Source: Spirochaetota bacterium (GTDB taxonomy: Bacteria; Spirochaetota; Brevinematia; DTOW01). From it: a DNA stretch of 35,417 nt. The stretch spans positions 1 to 35,417 of the forward strand of contig JAPYWX010000002.1 in NCBI GenBank assembly GCA_028276145.1, given 5' to 3'. Both the position numbers and the translations under genes were made by a program. This document shows positions 16,854-24,929 of this stretch, piece after piece; the first letter of the stretch is position 1, and the number at the start of each line of letters is the position of its first letter. Under the pieces are notes generated by a model, which was not told the origin of the DNA, made no database searches, and saw only the letters and a program-made list of their open reading frames with translations.

Positions 16854-17957
16854 TTGAGTATGAGTTTTTTTAAGAGGGTAGGTTATTTTTTGTTGGATGT
16901 TCTTGAGAGAGTTGGGATTTTCTTGTGGGGAGTTCTTTCAAAAGTTTTTAACAAAATCTACGAATTTTTCTTGTTTGTTGTCGGCTTAGATAAAGAGGTT
17001 GATTTTTTTTCTAATGAATCTAGGAAGTTTGTTTTGATTCTTTCGTTTTCTTTCCTCGTTTTTGTTGTGTTTTTCTTTTTGGTTTTGGCTATTTCGCTTA
17101 CACCTGCTAGTATAACTGTGGTTCCGAATGTTGTGAACTTGGATATACTTGATGCTTTGTCTGAGGTAGAGAGGGCTGGGCTTTTTGTTAGCGTTGATTA
17201 TGTAATTTCTACTAATGTTCCTAGGGGAGTAGTAATTAGGCAAATTCCATCGCCTGGTAGTAAAGTTAGAGAGGGAAAGGTAATCAAACTTTTTGTTAGT
17301 GTTGGTTCTGGTGAGGTTATTTTACCTGACTTTTCAGGCAAGCCTGCTGATGATGTGAGAGCTTACCTTTCATCGAAGGGTATTAGGGTTAGCCTGGAGT
17401 ATGTGCAGTCAGGTAACGCCAATGAAGGAACTGTAATAAGAACTTTTCCATCTTCTGGTACTAAGGTTAAGCCGGGAGATATGGTAACTGTGTATGTTGC
17501 TACAGGTTTTTCTTCTATGCCCATGCCTAACATTATTGAGATGTCATGGGACCAGGTTTTGTTAATTTTTGCATCTAAGGGAATAAATGTTACGATAAAT
17601 AATGTTTTAACTACGGATCCTGATAAGGATGGTAAAGTTGTTGACCAAATGCCAAAAGAAGGTGATATAGTTTCATCTAATGTTAATGTTCAAGCTTTTG
17701 TGGCTGTTTTCGGTAATGAGGATGTCGTTAAGAACACGAAGTTCTTGCTTTATTCTCTTGACTTGAGAAGTCTTTATAATGTTGAAGGTGTGAATTATTT
17801 TATTGTCAAGGTTGTTGTTAGTGATTCTCAGGGGCAGAGAGTTATAACTAAAGAATATCAGGAACTTACAAAATTGGTTTTACCTTTGAGAATACAAGGA
17901 ATCGGAAATGTGAAAGTTTATATTAATGATACTCTTGTGAAGGAAAGCACACTATGA
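16854..17957 (+). CDS. Membrane-anchored PASTA-repeat protein with no kinase or transpeptidase domain
   Basis: 367 aa with an N-terminal TM region followed by three PASTA-like repeats (VPNVVNLDILDALSEVERAGL..., LPDFSGKPADDVRAYLSSKGI..., MPNIIEMSWDQVLLIFASKGI...). The start may be the ATG at 16860 rather than the TTG at 16854. Confidence 0.7.
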   Translation: MSMSFFKRVGYFLLDVLERVGIFLWGVLSKVFNKIYEFFLFVVGLDKEVDFFSNESRKFVLILSFSFLVFVVFFFLVLAISLTPASITVVPNVVNLDILDALSEVERAGLFVSVDYVISTNVPRGVVIRQIPSPGSKVREGKVIKLFVSVGSGEVILPDFSGKPADDVRAYLSSKGIRVSLEYVQSGNANEGTVIRTFPSSGTKVKPGDMVTVYVATGFSSMPMPNIIEMSWDQVLLIFASKGINVTINNVLTTDPDKDGKVVDQMPKEGDIVSSNVNVQAFVAVFGNEDVVKNTKFLLYSLDLRSLYNVEGVNYFIVKVVVSDSQGQRVITKEYQELTKLVLPLRIQGIGNVKVYINDTLVKESTL

Positions 17958-18622
17958 GTAAGATAAAGATGGCTCCTTCTATATTTGCTGCTAATTTCTT
18001 AAATCTCGGTGAGGAGATAGATAGGCTTGAGAAGTTGGGAGTGGATTATATCCATTATGATATAATGGATAATCATTTTGTACCTAATATAAGCTTTGGT
18101 CCTTTGGTTGTTGAAACTATAAGTAAAAGCACTAGTATAAAGGGCGATGTGCACTTGATGATCGATTTGTCTAAAGATGTAGTTTCTAGGTTCTTCGTTA
18201 AAGGAATAGAAATAATAACTGTTCATATTGAGGCTGATGGTTTTTCAAGGGAGCTATGTGAGTTCATAAAGGAAAATGGCTTTAGGTTAGGATTAGCGAT
18301 AAAACCTAAGACGGAAGTTGAGGCTGTTATTCCTTATTTAGATATAGTTGATATGGTGTTGGTTATGACGGTTGAACCGGGTTTTTCGGGTCAGAAACTG
18401 ATTCAGGAAACTATACCCAAGGTTAGGAAAGTTAGAGACTTGATTTCTGGCTTGGGTAGAGAAGTAGAAATAGAGGTAGATGGTGGGGTTAATATTGATA
18501 ATGCTAGTGAGTTAGTGGAAAATGGTGCTAATGTATTGGTGATGGGTAGTTTCTTTTTCTCGGGTAATAATGGTGAGAAGGTTGTTAACTTTTTGAGGGG
18601 GATTCATGAAAAGGTTTCTTAG
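17954..18622 (+). CDS. rpe: Ribulose-phosphate 3-epimerase
   Basis: 222 aa. APSIFAANFLNLGEEI....G.DYIHYDIMDNHFVPNISFGP, VMTVEPGFSGQ and EVDGG are hallmark Rpe motifs. There is a 4-nt ATGA overlap with the upstream gene. Confidence 0.9.
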   Translation: MSKIKMAPSIFAANFLNLGEEIDRLEKLGVDYIHYDIMDNHFVPNISFGPLVVETISKSTSIKGDVHLMIDLSKDVVSRFFVKGIEIITVHIEADGFSRELCEFIKENGFRLGLAIKPKTEVEAVIPYLDIVDMVLVMTVEPGFSGQKLIQETIPKVRKVRDLISGLGREVEIEVDGGVNIDNASELVENGANVLVMGSFFFSGNNGEKVVNFLRGIHEKVS

Positions 18623-19544
18623 GTCTATTATACTGTCAAAGCATAATGTAATAGGTGCTCCTAGCGGATTTTCTTTTAAGCAGAGGAATTGCTTAGAAAT
18701 TTTCAATCACCTTTCGGAGATAGTTGAATCTGAAGGATTCAACTACATAGATACACCTATGTTTGATTTCTTTGAGGTTTATGAAAGAACTTTGGGCACT
18801 TATTCAACTAAAGAATTGTTTGTTGTTAAGGATGAGAGCAATGAGTTTCTCGTTCCTAGGTATGATATAACAACTCAGATAGTGAGGTTTTTGGGACCAA
18901 GGATAAATGATGTTAAGCTTCCTGTTAAGCTTTATTACTTTGGTGATGTTTTCAGGGCTCCTGATTCAGAGTGGCACAGAAAGCAGATAAAGCAGTTTGG
19001 TGTTGAGATAATTGGTTCTTCTAACGAAGAAGAGATAGTATCACTTCTTAAAAAGCTACTGGAAAAACTCAGAGAATTGAAAGTTATTGGTGAATACATA
19101 GTCGTTTTTAACTTTACTGTAGTTTTGGATAAGTTAACGGAAGGCTTTGACGCTGAAGACAAAGAATTGTTTATTGAACTCTTGAGAGTTAGGGACCTAA
19201 CATCTATTTTAAAAGTTTTTGGTGAAAAGGGTAAAGAGATTTCAGAAATTTTTAAAGAGTTTCTAAGGAGGAGTTCTGAGGATGTCCTAAAGCTCGTTTT
19301 AAGCAAGATTGGGGCATATGATAATGTTAATAAGGGTTTCCAGGCTATGAGAGCATGTTTTGGTGATAGGATATTGTTTGACCCTCTGCTAGTTCCTCAA
19401 ATGAATTACTACAATGGTGTATATTTTGTTGTTTATACCTCTAACTCCAATGACCCAATTGCTTCTGGTGGTAGGTATGATAGCCTAACTCAGAAGTTTG
19501 GCTACTCTCAGAGTGCTATGGGATTCGCTATAGATATACCTTAG
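18606..19544 (+). CDS. hisZ: HisRS-like class II core protein without an anticodon-binding domain, likely the ATP phosphoribosyltransferase regulatory subunit HisZ
   Basis: 312 aa. Contains the HisS/HisZ-type motifs GFNYIDTPMFDFFEVY, LVPRYDITTQIVR, YYFGDVFR, RQIKQFGVEIIG and GGRYDSL. It is too short to be HisS. No hisG is adjacent. Confidence 0.6.
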   Translation: MKRFLRSIILSKHNVIGAPSGFSFKQRNCLEIFNHLSEIVESEGFNYIDTPMFDFFEVYERTLGTYSTKELFVVKDESNEFLVPRYDITTQIVRFLGPRINDVKLPVKLYYFGDVFRAPDSEWHRKQIKQFGVEIIGSSNEEEIVSLLKKLLEKLRELKVIGEYIVVFNFTVVLDKLTEGFDAEDKELFIELLRVRDLTSILKVFGEKGKEISEIFKEFLRRSSEDVLKLVLSKIGAYDNVNKGFQAMRACFGDRILFDPLLVPQMNYYNGVYFVVYTSNSNDPIASGGRYDSLTQKFGYSQSAMGFAIDIP

Positions 19545-20434
19545 GATATTAGCCCGTAAGCTCTCATTGCCTCTTTTAGCTTCTCTACATTAGGAGGTGT
19601 GAGTTCTGTTAGAGGCAGTCTTAGGCTGCCGTCTTTTATTATTCCAGCGATTTCCATCGCTTTCTTTATAGGTATTGGGTTAGTTTCTAAGAAGAGTGCT
19701 CTGTTTAGAATCTGAAGTTTTCTATCTAATTGCTCTGCTCTTTTTACGTCTCCGTTTAGGTATGAGTTTATCATGTCAGAGACATCTTTGGGTACTAAGT
19801 TGGCAGTTACTGATATGCTTCCTACGCCACCAATTTTTAGAATTGGTAGGTTTATTCCATCGTCGCCTGATATTAGCAAGAAATCAGGTTTATCAACGAA
19901 CTCTAGGATATCCATACATTGTTTTATGTTTCCTGATGCCTCTTTTACTCCTATTACATTTGGGTTTCTTTTGACTATTTCTGCTAGGGTTTTCGGTTCA
20001 ATGTTTATTACTGTTCTTGATGGTACGTTATAGGCGATTATTGGGAAACCTCCGGTTTCTTTTGAAATTGCTGTAAAATGTTCAATTAGACCGTTTTGAG
20101 TTGGTTTGTTGTAGTAAGGAGCTATTACCAGAGCTGCATCAGCTTTGCTCTTCTTAGCTTCGTTTGTTAGGTAGATAGACTCTTGGGTGGAGTTTGTACC
20201 TGTTCCTGCTATGACTGGTATTCTACCTCTGACTTTCTTTACGACGAAATCAACGACTTTGGTATGTTCTTCGAATGAAAGTGTTGGGGATTCACCAGTT
20301 GTTCCGCATGCTACTATTACATTTGTACCGTTTTGGATATGCCATTCTATCAGGTACTCTAAGGTCTCGTAATCAACTTCCTTTTGAGGTCCCTTGAAGG
20401 GTGTTATTATTGCAACCATTGAACCTTTGAACAT
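19541..20434 (-). CDS. dapA: 4-hydroxy-tetrahydrodipicolinate synthase
   Basis: Contains GSMVAIITPF, GTTGESPTLSFEEH and Y..P at YNVPSRT, which are typical of DapA. The ORF track starts at a GTG at 20449. The ATG at 20434 is preceded by GGAGGA at 6-nt spacing, so I prefer it. Confidence 0.9.
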   Translation of the reverse strand: MFKGSMVAIITPFKGPQKEVDYETLEYLIEWHIQNGTNVIVACGTTGESPTLSFEEHTKVVDFVVKKVRGRIPVIAGTGTNSTQESIYLTNEAKKSKADAALVIAPYYNKPTQNGLIEHFTAISKETGGFPIIAYNVPSRTVINIEPKTLAEIVKRNPNVIGVKEASGNIKQCMDILEFVDKPDFLLISGDDGINLPILKIGGVGSISVTANLVPKDVSDMINSYLNGDVKRAEQLDRKLQILNRALFLETNPIPIKKAMEIAGIIKDGSLRLPLTELTPPNVEKLKEAMRAYGLIS

Positions 20435-20504
20435 ATTCTTCCTCCACACACAACAAAAATGTTAAATAATTCAAATTCGTTATTCAAGAAAAGTAGATTA
20501 GTAA

Positions 20505-20838
20505 GGGAGGCTTTGCATCCTTTTTATTTTAAAAGAGGCAAATCCTCTCTTCACTCTCTAGATAAGAAAGTGCTATTAAGCACTAAGTGCTATGAAGCAC
20601 AACGTGCTATTAAGCACCTCATTAAGAAAGTGCTAATAAGCACTCGTTGGAAAGCTTCACTTTCCAACACCTTTTTTCATCGGAGAATACAAGCTAGCAC
20701 TTGAAAATGTGTTATGAACACCTTTAAGCACTCAAATAATTAAGAAAGTGTCTTAGACACAAGTGTCTTAGACACAAGTGCCTTAGGCACAAGTGCTACT
20801 TAGCGTGAAGTGCTATTAAGCACAGTACTATAAGCACT
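20505..20838. repeat. Intergenic hairpin-repeat cluster F, the densest in the window
   Basis: GTGCT-N4-AGCAC at 20570-20583, 20587-20600, 20604-20617, 20630-20643 and 20810-20823. A 10-bp-stem hairpin GTTGGAAAGC-TTC-ACTTTCCAAC at 20646-20668. GTGTT-ATG-AACAC at 20709-20721. A 15-bp tandem array AAGTGNC-TTA-GNCAC at 20746-20838. Confidence 0.9.
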
Positions 20839-20934
20839 TAAGGAGGTATTATGATGGCTTTGAGGAATTTGGTTTAGTGGTTCCAGTTTTTTAGTTTGTA
20901 TTTCATTATTTTAGCTTTGTAAAATTTCATTGGT

Positions 20935-21795
20935 ATGCAAATAAAAATTGATGAAGCTCTTAGGGTGATTGAAAAATATGGTGGTTCAGTTCCTGTAATA
21001 TACCAGAGAGATATAAGGTTTGTTGATAAAGTAACTAAGCACGAGATTAGATTTTTCCAGGGAACAACTTTTGATTTTGACCATTATGATGTTCTTTTGA
21101 GAAATGGAATAGACAAGATAGATGTGGTATATTCAGAACTTTTGTTTGCTAAGCTTGTTAGTTTATTCCCACAGACTTACAGGTTACCGTTTGCCACTAA
21201 GAGTTTTATAGATTTTGATAGGTACATTTCGGCGATAGACGATGCTAACAGGTTGTCCAAAAGGAAAAGAACCGTTTTTTCTGCTATGGAGATATTTAGT
21301 AGAGGGGAAGTTATTATTGGTTATAACGAAGAAATTTCCTTTGAGAAGTGGAATAGGATAAAGGGTAGTATTGATAGGAAGGCTGAAATAAGTTTTTATA
21401 GTTCTGAAAGAGGGCTTCTGCTTGTTACATTCATGAAGGCTACTGATAGTAACTATCTCCAGAAGTTTTTTATGCACTCAGAGGCTGTTGCATTGTTTGT
21501 TGAGAAGATTAAGAAAGAAGGTATCATTTTATCGCCAGATTTTTACTCTGATACAGATGTTTATACTGCTACATCTGAAGAGGAAGCATTTTCAAAGTAT
21601 GTCAACACCAATGTAAGACTTGTTGTAATAGTTGACTCAAACATAACGGAGAGCTACAAGAACCTTATAGTCAAACTTAGAACTTATGATAGATTTGTTA
21701 GGATAAGTGCTATTACTAGTTTGTCGCCAGCTAATGAATTGGAAGTACTCAAGGCTATAAAAAAATCCTACCTCACGGATAACTTTTTAGAGTGA
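20935..21795 (+). CDS. Hypothetical protein with no domain I can recognise
   Basis: 286-aa ORF with normal coding-like composition and no antisense competitor of comparable quality. There is no obvious SD before the ATG at 20935. Confidence 0.6.
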   Translation: MQIKIDEALRVIEKYGGSVPVIYQRDIRFVDKVTKHEIRFFQGTTFDFDHYDVLLRNGIDKIDVVYSELLFAKLVSLFPQTYRLPFATKSFIDFDRYISAIDDANRLSKRKRTVFSAMEIFSRGEVIIGYNEEISFEKWNRIKGSIDRKAEISFYSSERGLLLVTFMKATDSNYLQKFFMHSEAVALFVEKIKKEGIILSPDFYSDTDVYTATSEEEAFSKYVNTNVRLVVIVDSNITESYKNLIVKLRTYDRFVRISAITSLSPANELEVLKAIKKSYLTDNFLE

Positions 21796-21889
21796 GAGAC
21801 GAAGTTTACCTTGGTTCTTCTGCTAATTGTTAATTTGTTTCAGTTTTCTTGTCGGTTTTATAATTTCTGAGAATTTTTGATAGTTTTCT

Positions 21890-22843
21890 ATGATAAAGTA
21901 TTATGAAATTGTGAATGGCATAGCTAAGGTTTCTGATAATCCTTTATCGCCTATTAAAATTTTCATAGAACCATCAGAAAATGAACTAGAGTTAATAAAG
22001 CAGATGGGGATAAGTGAACACGATATAAATTCTGCTTTTGACCCTGAAGAGATTTCTCGTTTGGAAATTTACGAAACTGGTGAGGTTTTCATAATATGGA
22101 AAATACCAAAAAATTACTCTCACAACGGGCAACTGGTATTCAATGTTTCCTCCATAGGTATCTTTATTTCGGGTAACAATATCGTTATTATCTCACCTGA
22201 TGAAGTTGGTTTTTTTGAGTCTAAGTATTTTAGAAACATAGCCACAACATACGATATTCTTCTTTCGCTTATTCATTCAACTATAAGCCACTACTATGGG
22301 CATTTGAGGGGAATAAAGCTTATTTCGTCTGAGATAGAGGAGAAACTTACTACTTCGCTTGATAACACTTATCTTCTGTATATGTTCAATTTGAGCGAAA
22401 GTTTGGTTTACTACCTTAACTCCTTAAATTCTAATTTAGGGGTGCTGATAAAGTTAAAAGAAAATTCTAGTAAGTTAGGTTTTTCAAAAAGTCATGTGGA
22501 GAGGATAAAGGACCTTATAATAGACCAAAAGCAATGTTATAGGCAGGCTAGAATACTTTCAATGGTTTTGTCAGAGTTGATGGACGCTAGAGCTAGCATT
22601 GTTAACAATAACATGAACATTTTGATAAAAAACCTGACAATAATCAATGTTGTTATGCTACCGCTTAACCTTATAGCTAGTATTGGTGGTATGTCTGAAT
22701 ATTCGATGATGACAGAGGGGATACCTTGGCCCATATCGTACGGTTTGTTCATTCTAGGAATGATAGTTTTGGGTGTTCTTATAACTATAGGAATCAACAA
22801 GTATATAGATAGGTTCATGAGTAAAGCGGTAAAAAGGAAGTAG
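21890..22843 (+). CDS. corA: CorA family divalent-cation transporter with a variant GMS pore motif
   Basis: 317 aa with a cytoplasmic N-domain and two C-terminal TM helices. The segment MLPLNLIASIGGMSEYSMM aligns with the CorA signature LP.t.ia.iyGMNF, and the basic C-terminal tail fits the family. Confidence 0.75.
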   Translation: MIKYYEIVNGIAKVSDNPLSPIKIFIEPSENELELIKQMGISEHDINSAFDPEEISRLEIYETGEVFIIWKIPKNYSHNGQLVFNVSSIGIFISGNNIVIISPDEVGFFESKYFRNIATTYDILLSLIHSTISHYYGHLRGIKLISSEIEEKLTTSLDNTYLLYMFNLSESLVYYLNSLNSNLGVLIKLKENSSKLGFSKSHVERIKDLIIDQKQCYRQARILSMVLSELMDARASIVNNNMNILIKNLTIINVVMLPLNLIASIGGMSEYSMMTEGIPWPISYGLFILGMIVLGVLITIGINKYIDRFMSKAVKRK

Positions 22844-22853
22844 TTCGAGGTTT

Positions 22854-23828
22854 ATGCTTTGGTATGTTATTAAGAGAACTATTTTGATTATTCCGACTTT
22901 CATAGGTATAACTCTTGTTATATTCTTGGTTGTACATCTTGCACCTGGTGACCCAATAAGAGGTATGATAGGGGAAATGAGTTCAAAGCTCTCACCTGAA
23001 GCTTACGAACTTTTTAAAAAGACCTATGGTTTGGATAAGCCAATACTTGAAAGGTATATAGTCTGGCTAGGAAATTTCCTAACTTTTAATTTTGGCAATT
23101 CCTTCCAGTATGGCAAGGGGGTAGGTGAACTAATACTTGATAGATTACCTGTTACCATAACGATAAATATTTTTGCTAACTTGATAGTTTTGATATTTGG
23201 GGTAACTATAGGTGTCTTGGCGGGGATATATAGAGGTAAGCTTTTTGATAAAGTGTCAAGTGTCGTTCTTTTTGGGTTGTACTCTCTTTTTGAGCCATGG
23301 GTGGCCCTCATGCTTATACTTGTTTTTTCAATTAATTTAGGTATTTTCCCAATTGGTGGCTTCACCTCTATAAACTTTGACCAAATGAATTTCTTTGAGA
23401 AAGTTGCGGATGTAATGAATCATATTGCTTTGCCCGTTATTGTTCTTTCTTATGCTGGTATTGCCTTCGTTGCCAAAATTGTTAGAACTTCAGTAATAGA
23501 GGTTAGTAACCAGGAATATGTTAAATTTGCCAGAGCCTTGGGGGTAGATGAAAAAACTATAAGAAGGCATTACATACTAAGGAATAGCTTAATACCTGTT
23601 ATAACGATATTCAGTACGGTTTTGCCTTCTCTTATCGCTGGTAGCGTTATAATTGAAAAAATCTTTTCACTGCCGGGAATAGGACAGCTTTTCTATTCTG
23701 CTGTGTTTTCTAGGGATTACCCTGTTGTTATGGGATTAAGTGCTATCTCGGCACTTCTAACGCTGATAAGTTTGTTGATAGCAGATTTGCTCTATGCTGT
23801 AGTTGACCCAAGAATAAGGTATGAGTAG
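22854..23828 (+). CDS. ABC transporter permease, peptide/nickel (OppB/DppB-like) family
   Basis: 324 aa. The N-terminus MLWYVIKRTILIIPTFIGITLVIFLVVHLAPGDP is the classic OppB/DppB start. An EAA-like loop (YVKFARALGVDEKTIRRHYILRNSLIP) is present. No partner OppC/D/F/A genes are adjacent. Confidence 0.8.
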   Translation: MLWYVIKRTILIIPTFIGITLVIFLVVHLAPGDPIRGMIGEMSSKLSPEAYELFKKTYGLDKPILERYIVWLGNFLTFNFGNSFQYGKGVGELILDRLPVTITINIFANLIVLIFGVTIGVLAGIYRGKLFDKVSSVVLFGLYSLFEPWVALMLILVFSINLGIFPIGGFTSINFDQMNFFEKVADVMNHIALPVIVLSYAGIAFVAKIVRTSVIEVSNQEYVKFARALGVDEKTIRRHYILRNSLIPVITIFSTVLPSLIAGSVIIEKIFSLPGIGQLFYSAVFSRDYPVVMGLSAISALLTLISLLIADLLYAVVDPRIRYE

Positions 23829-23837
23829 GTTAGTGTT

Positions 23838-24878
23838 ATGAATATAAAGGAATTTGATTTTGATTTACCTGAGGAGCTAATAGCTCATGAGCCACTTAAG
23901 GAAAGAGACAAGTGTAGATTACTTGTTGTAAATAGAGCATCTAGAACTTTCGAGGAGTTCATTTTTAGGGATATTGTTAATTTTCTTAACGAAGGTGATG
24001 TTTTAGTTCTTAATGATTCGGGTGTTATAAAGTCTAGAGTTTACATGACATGTAAGAGAACAGGAAGGATACACGAAGTTTTATTTACTAAATTCCTTAG
24101 TGATTATGAATCATTGGCTTTGATAAGAAACGCTAGGAGGGTGAAGGTTGGTGATAAGTTGGTTGTCAAGGACTTTGAGTTTGAAGTTGGTGGAGTAGAG
24201 GAAGGTTTGAGGGTTTTGGTTAGTAACAAGAAGTTTGGAATTAGTGAGCTAAACGAAGTAGGTGAGGTTCCTTTGCCACCTTATATAGAGAAGAAGAGGG
24301 AAAAGTTAGGAGTTGAAAGGGTCAAAAATGAAGATGAGATATTTTATCAAACAGTATATAAGAGAGTTTACGGGTCTATTGCTTCTCCTACTGCTGGGCT
24401 ACATTTTACTGAAGAGTTGCTTAAAGAAATAGAAAACAAAGGAGTAGTAATAAAGTATGTTACTTTGCATGTTGGATTGGGTACATTTGAGCCGATAAAG
24501 ACCGAGAAGGTGGAGGATGTGAGATTACACTCTGAATTTCTGGAAGTAAGCCAAGATGTAATTGATGTTGTGAATGAAGCAAAAGCAAAAGGCAAAAAAG
24601 TTGTTGCTGTTGGTACAACGGTGACTAGGGCACTTGAGACAACTTTTTCTCAAACGCCACCAAAGCCTTATATAGGGGAGACAAGTTTATTTATATACCC
24701 TGGGTACAAATTCAAGGTTATTGATGCTTTGGTGACGAATTTTCATTTACCTAGGTCTTCTTTGATACTTCTAGTATCGGCTTTCGCCGATAAGGATTTG
24801 ATAATGTCAGCGTATAAGTACGCGATAGAAAAGAAATTTAGGTTCTATAGTTACGGTGATGCTATGCTGATATTGTGA
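23838..24878 (+). CDS. queA: S-adenosylmethionine:tRNA ribosyltransferase-isomerase
   Basis: 346 aa. FDFDLPEELIAHEP, LPPYI, SIASPTAGLHFT, LHVGLGTF.P, AVGTT..RALE and FRF.SYGDAML are hallmark QueA motifs. Confidence 0.92.
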   Translation: MNIKEFDFDLPEELIAHEPLKERDKCRLLVVNRASRTFEEFIFRDIVNFLNEGDVLVLNDSGVIKSRVYMTCKRTGRIHEVLFTKFLSDYESLALIRNARRVKVGDKLVVKDFEFEVGGVEEGLRVLVSNKKFGISELNEVGEVPLPPYIEKKREKLGVERVKNEDEIFYQTVYKRVYGSIASPTAGLHFTEELLKEIENKGVVIKYVTLHVGLGTFEPIKTEKVEDVRLHSEFLEVSQDVIDVVNEAKAKGKKVVAVGTTVTRALETTFSQTPPKPYIGETSLFIYPGYKFKVIDALVTNFHLPRSSLILLVSAFADKDLIMSAYKYAIEKKFRFYSYGDAMLIL

Positions 24879-24891
24879 TTACTTGTTAATT

Positions 24892-24920
24892 TTCAAAAGC
24901 TGTGTTTTTGTAACTATAAT
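24892..24920 (+). promoter_or_regulatory. Candidate sigma70-type promoter upstream of the 24930 gene
   Basis: TTCAAA at 24892-24897, a 17-nt spacer, then TATAAT at 24915-24920, ending 9 nt before the ATG. This would imply a very short leader. Such hexamers are common in AT-rich DNA, so the call is weak. Confidence 0.25.
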
Positions 24921-24929
24921 ATTAGAAAG

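Noticed and set aside
20459-20704. 81-aa plus-strand ORF in the dapA upstream region
   Set aside because: It is made almost entirely of hairpin repeats, and its peptide repeats KKVL(L/I)ST and similar strings. It is an artefact of translating the repeat array. The same applies to 35019..35237 (72 aa).
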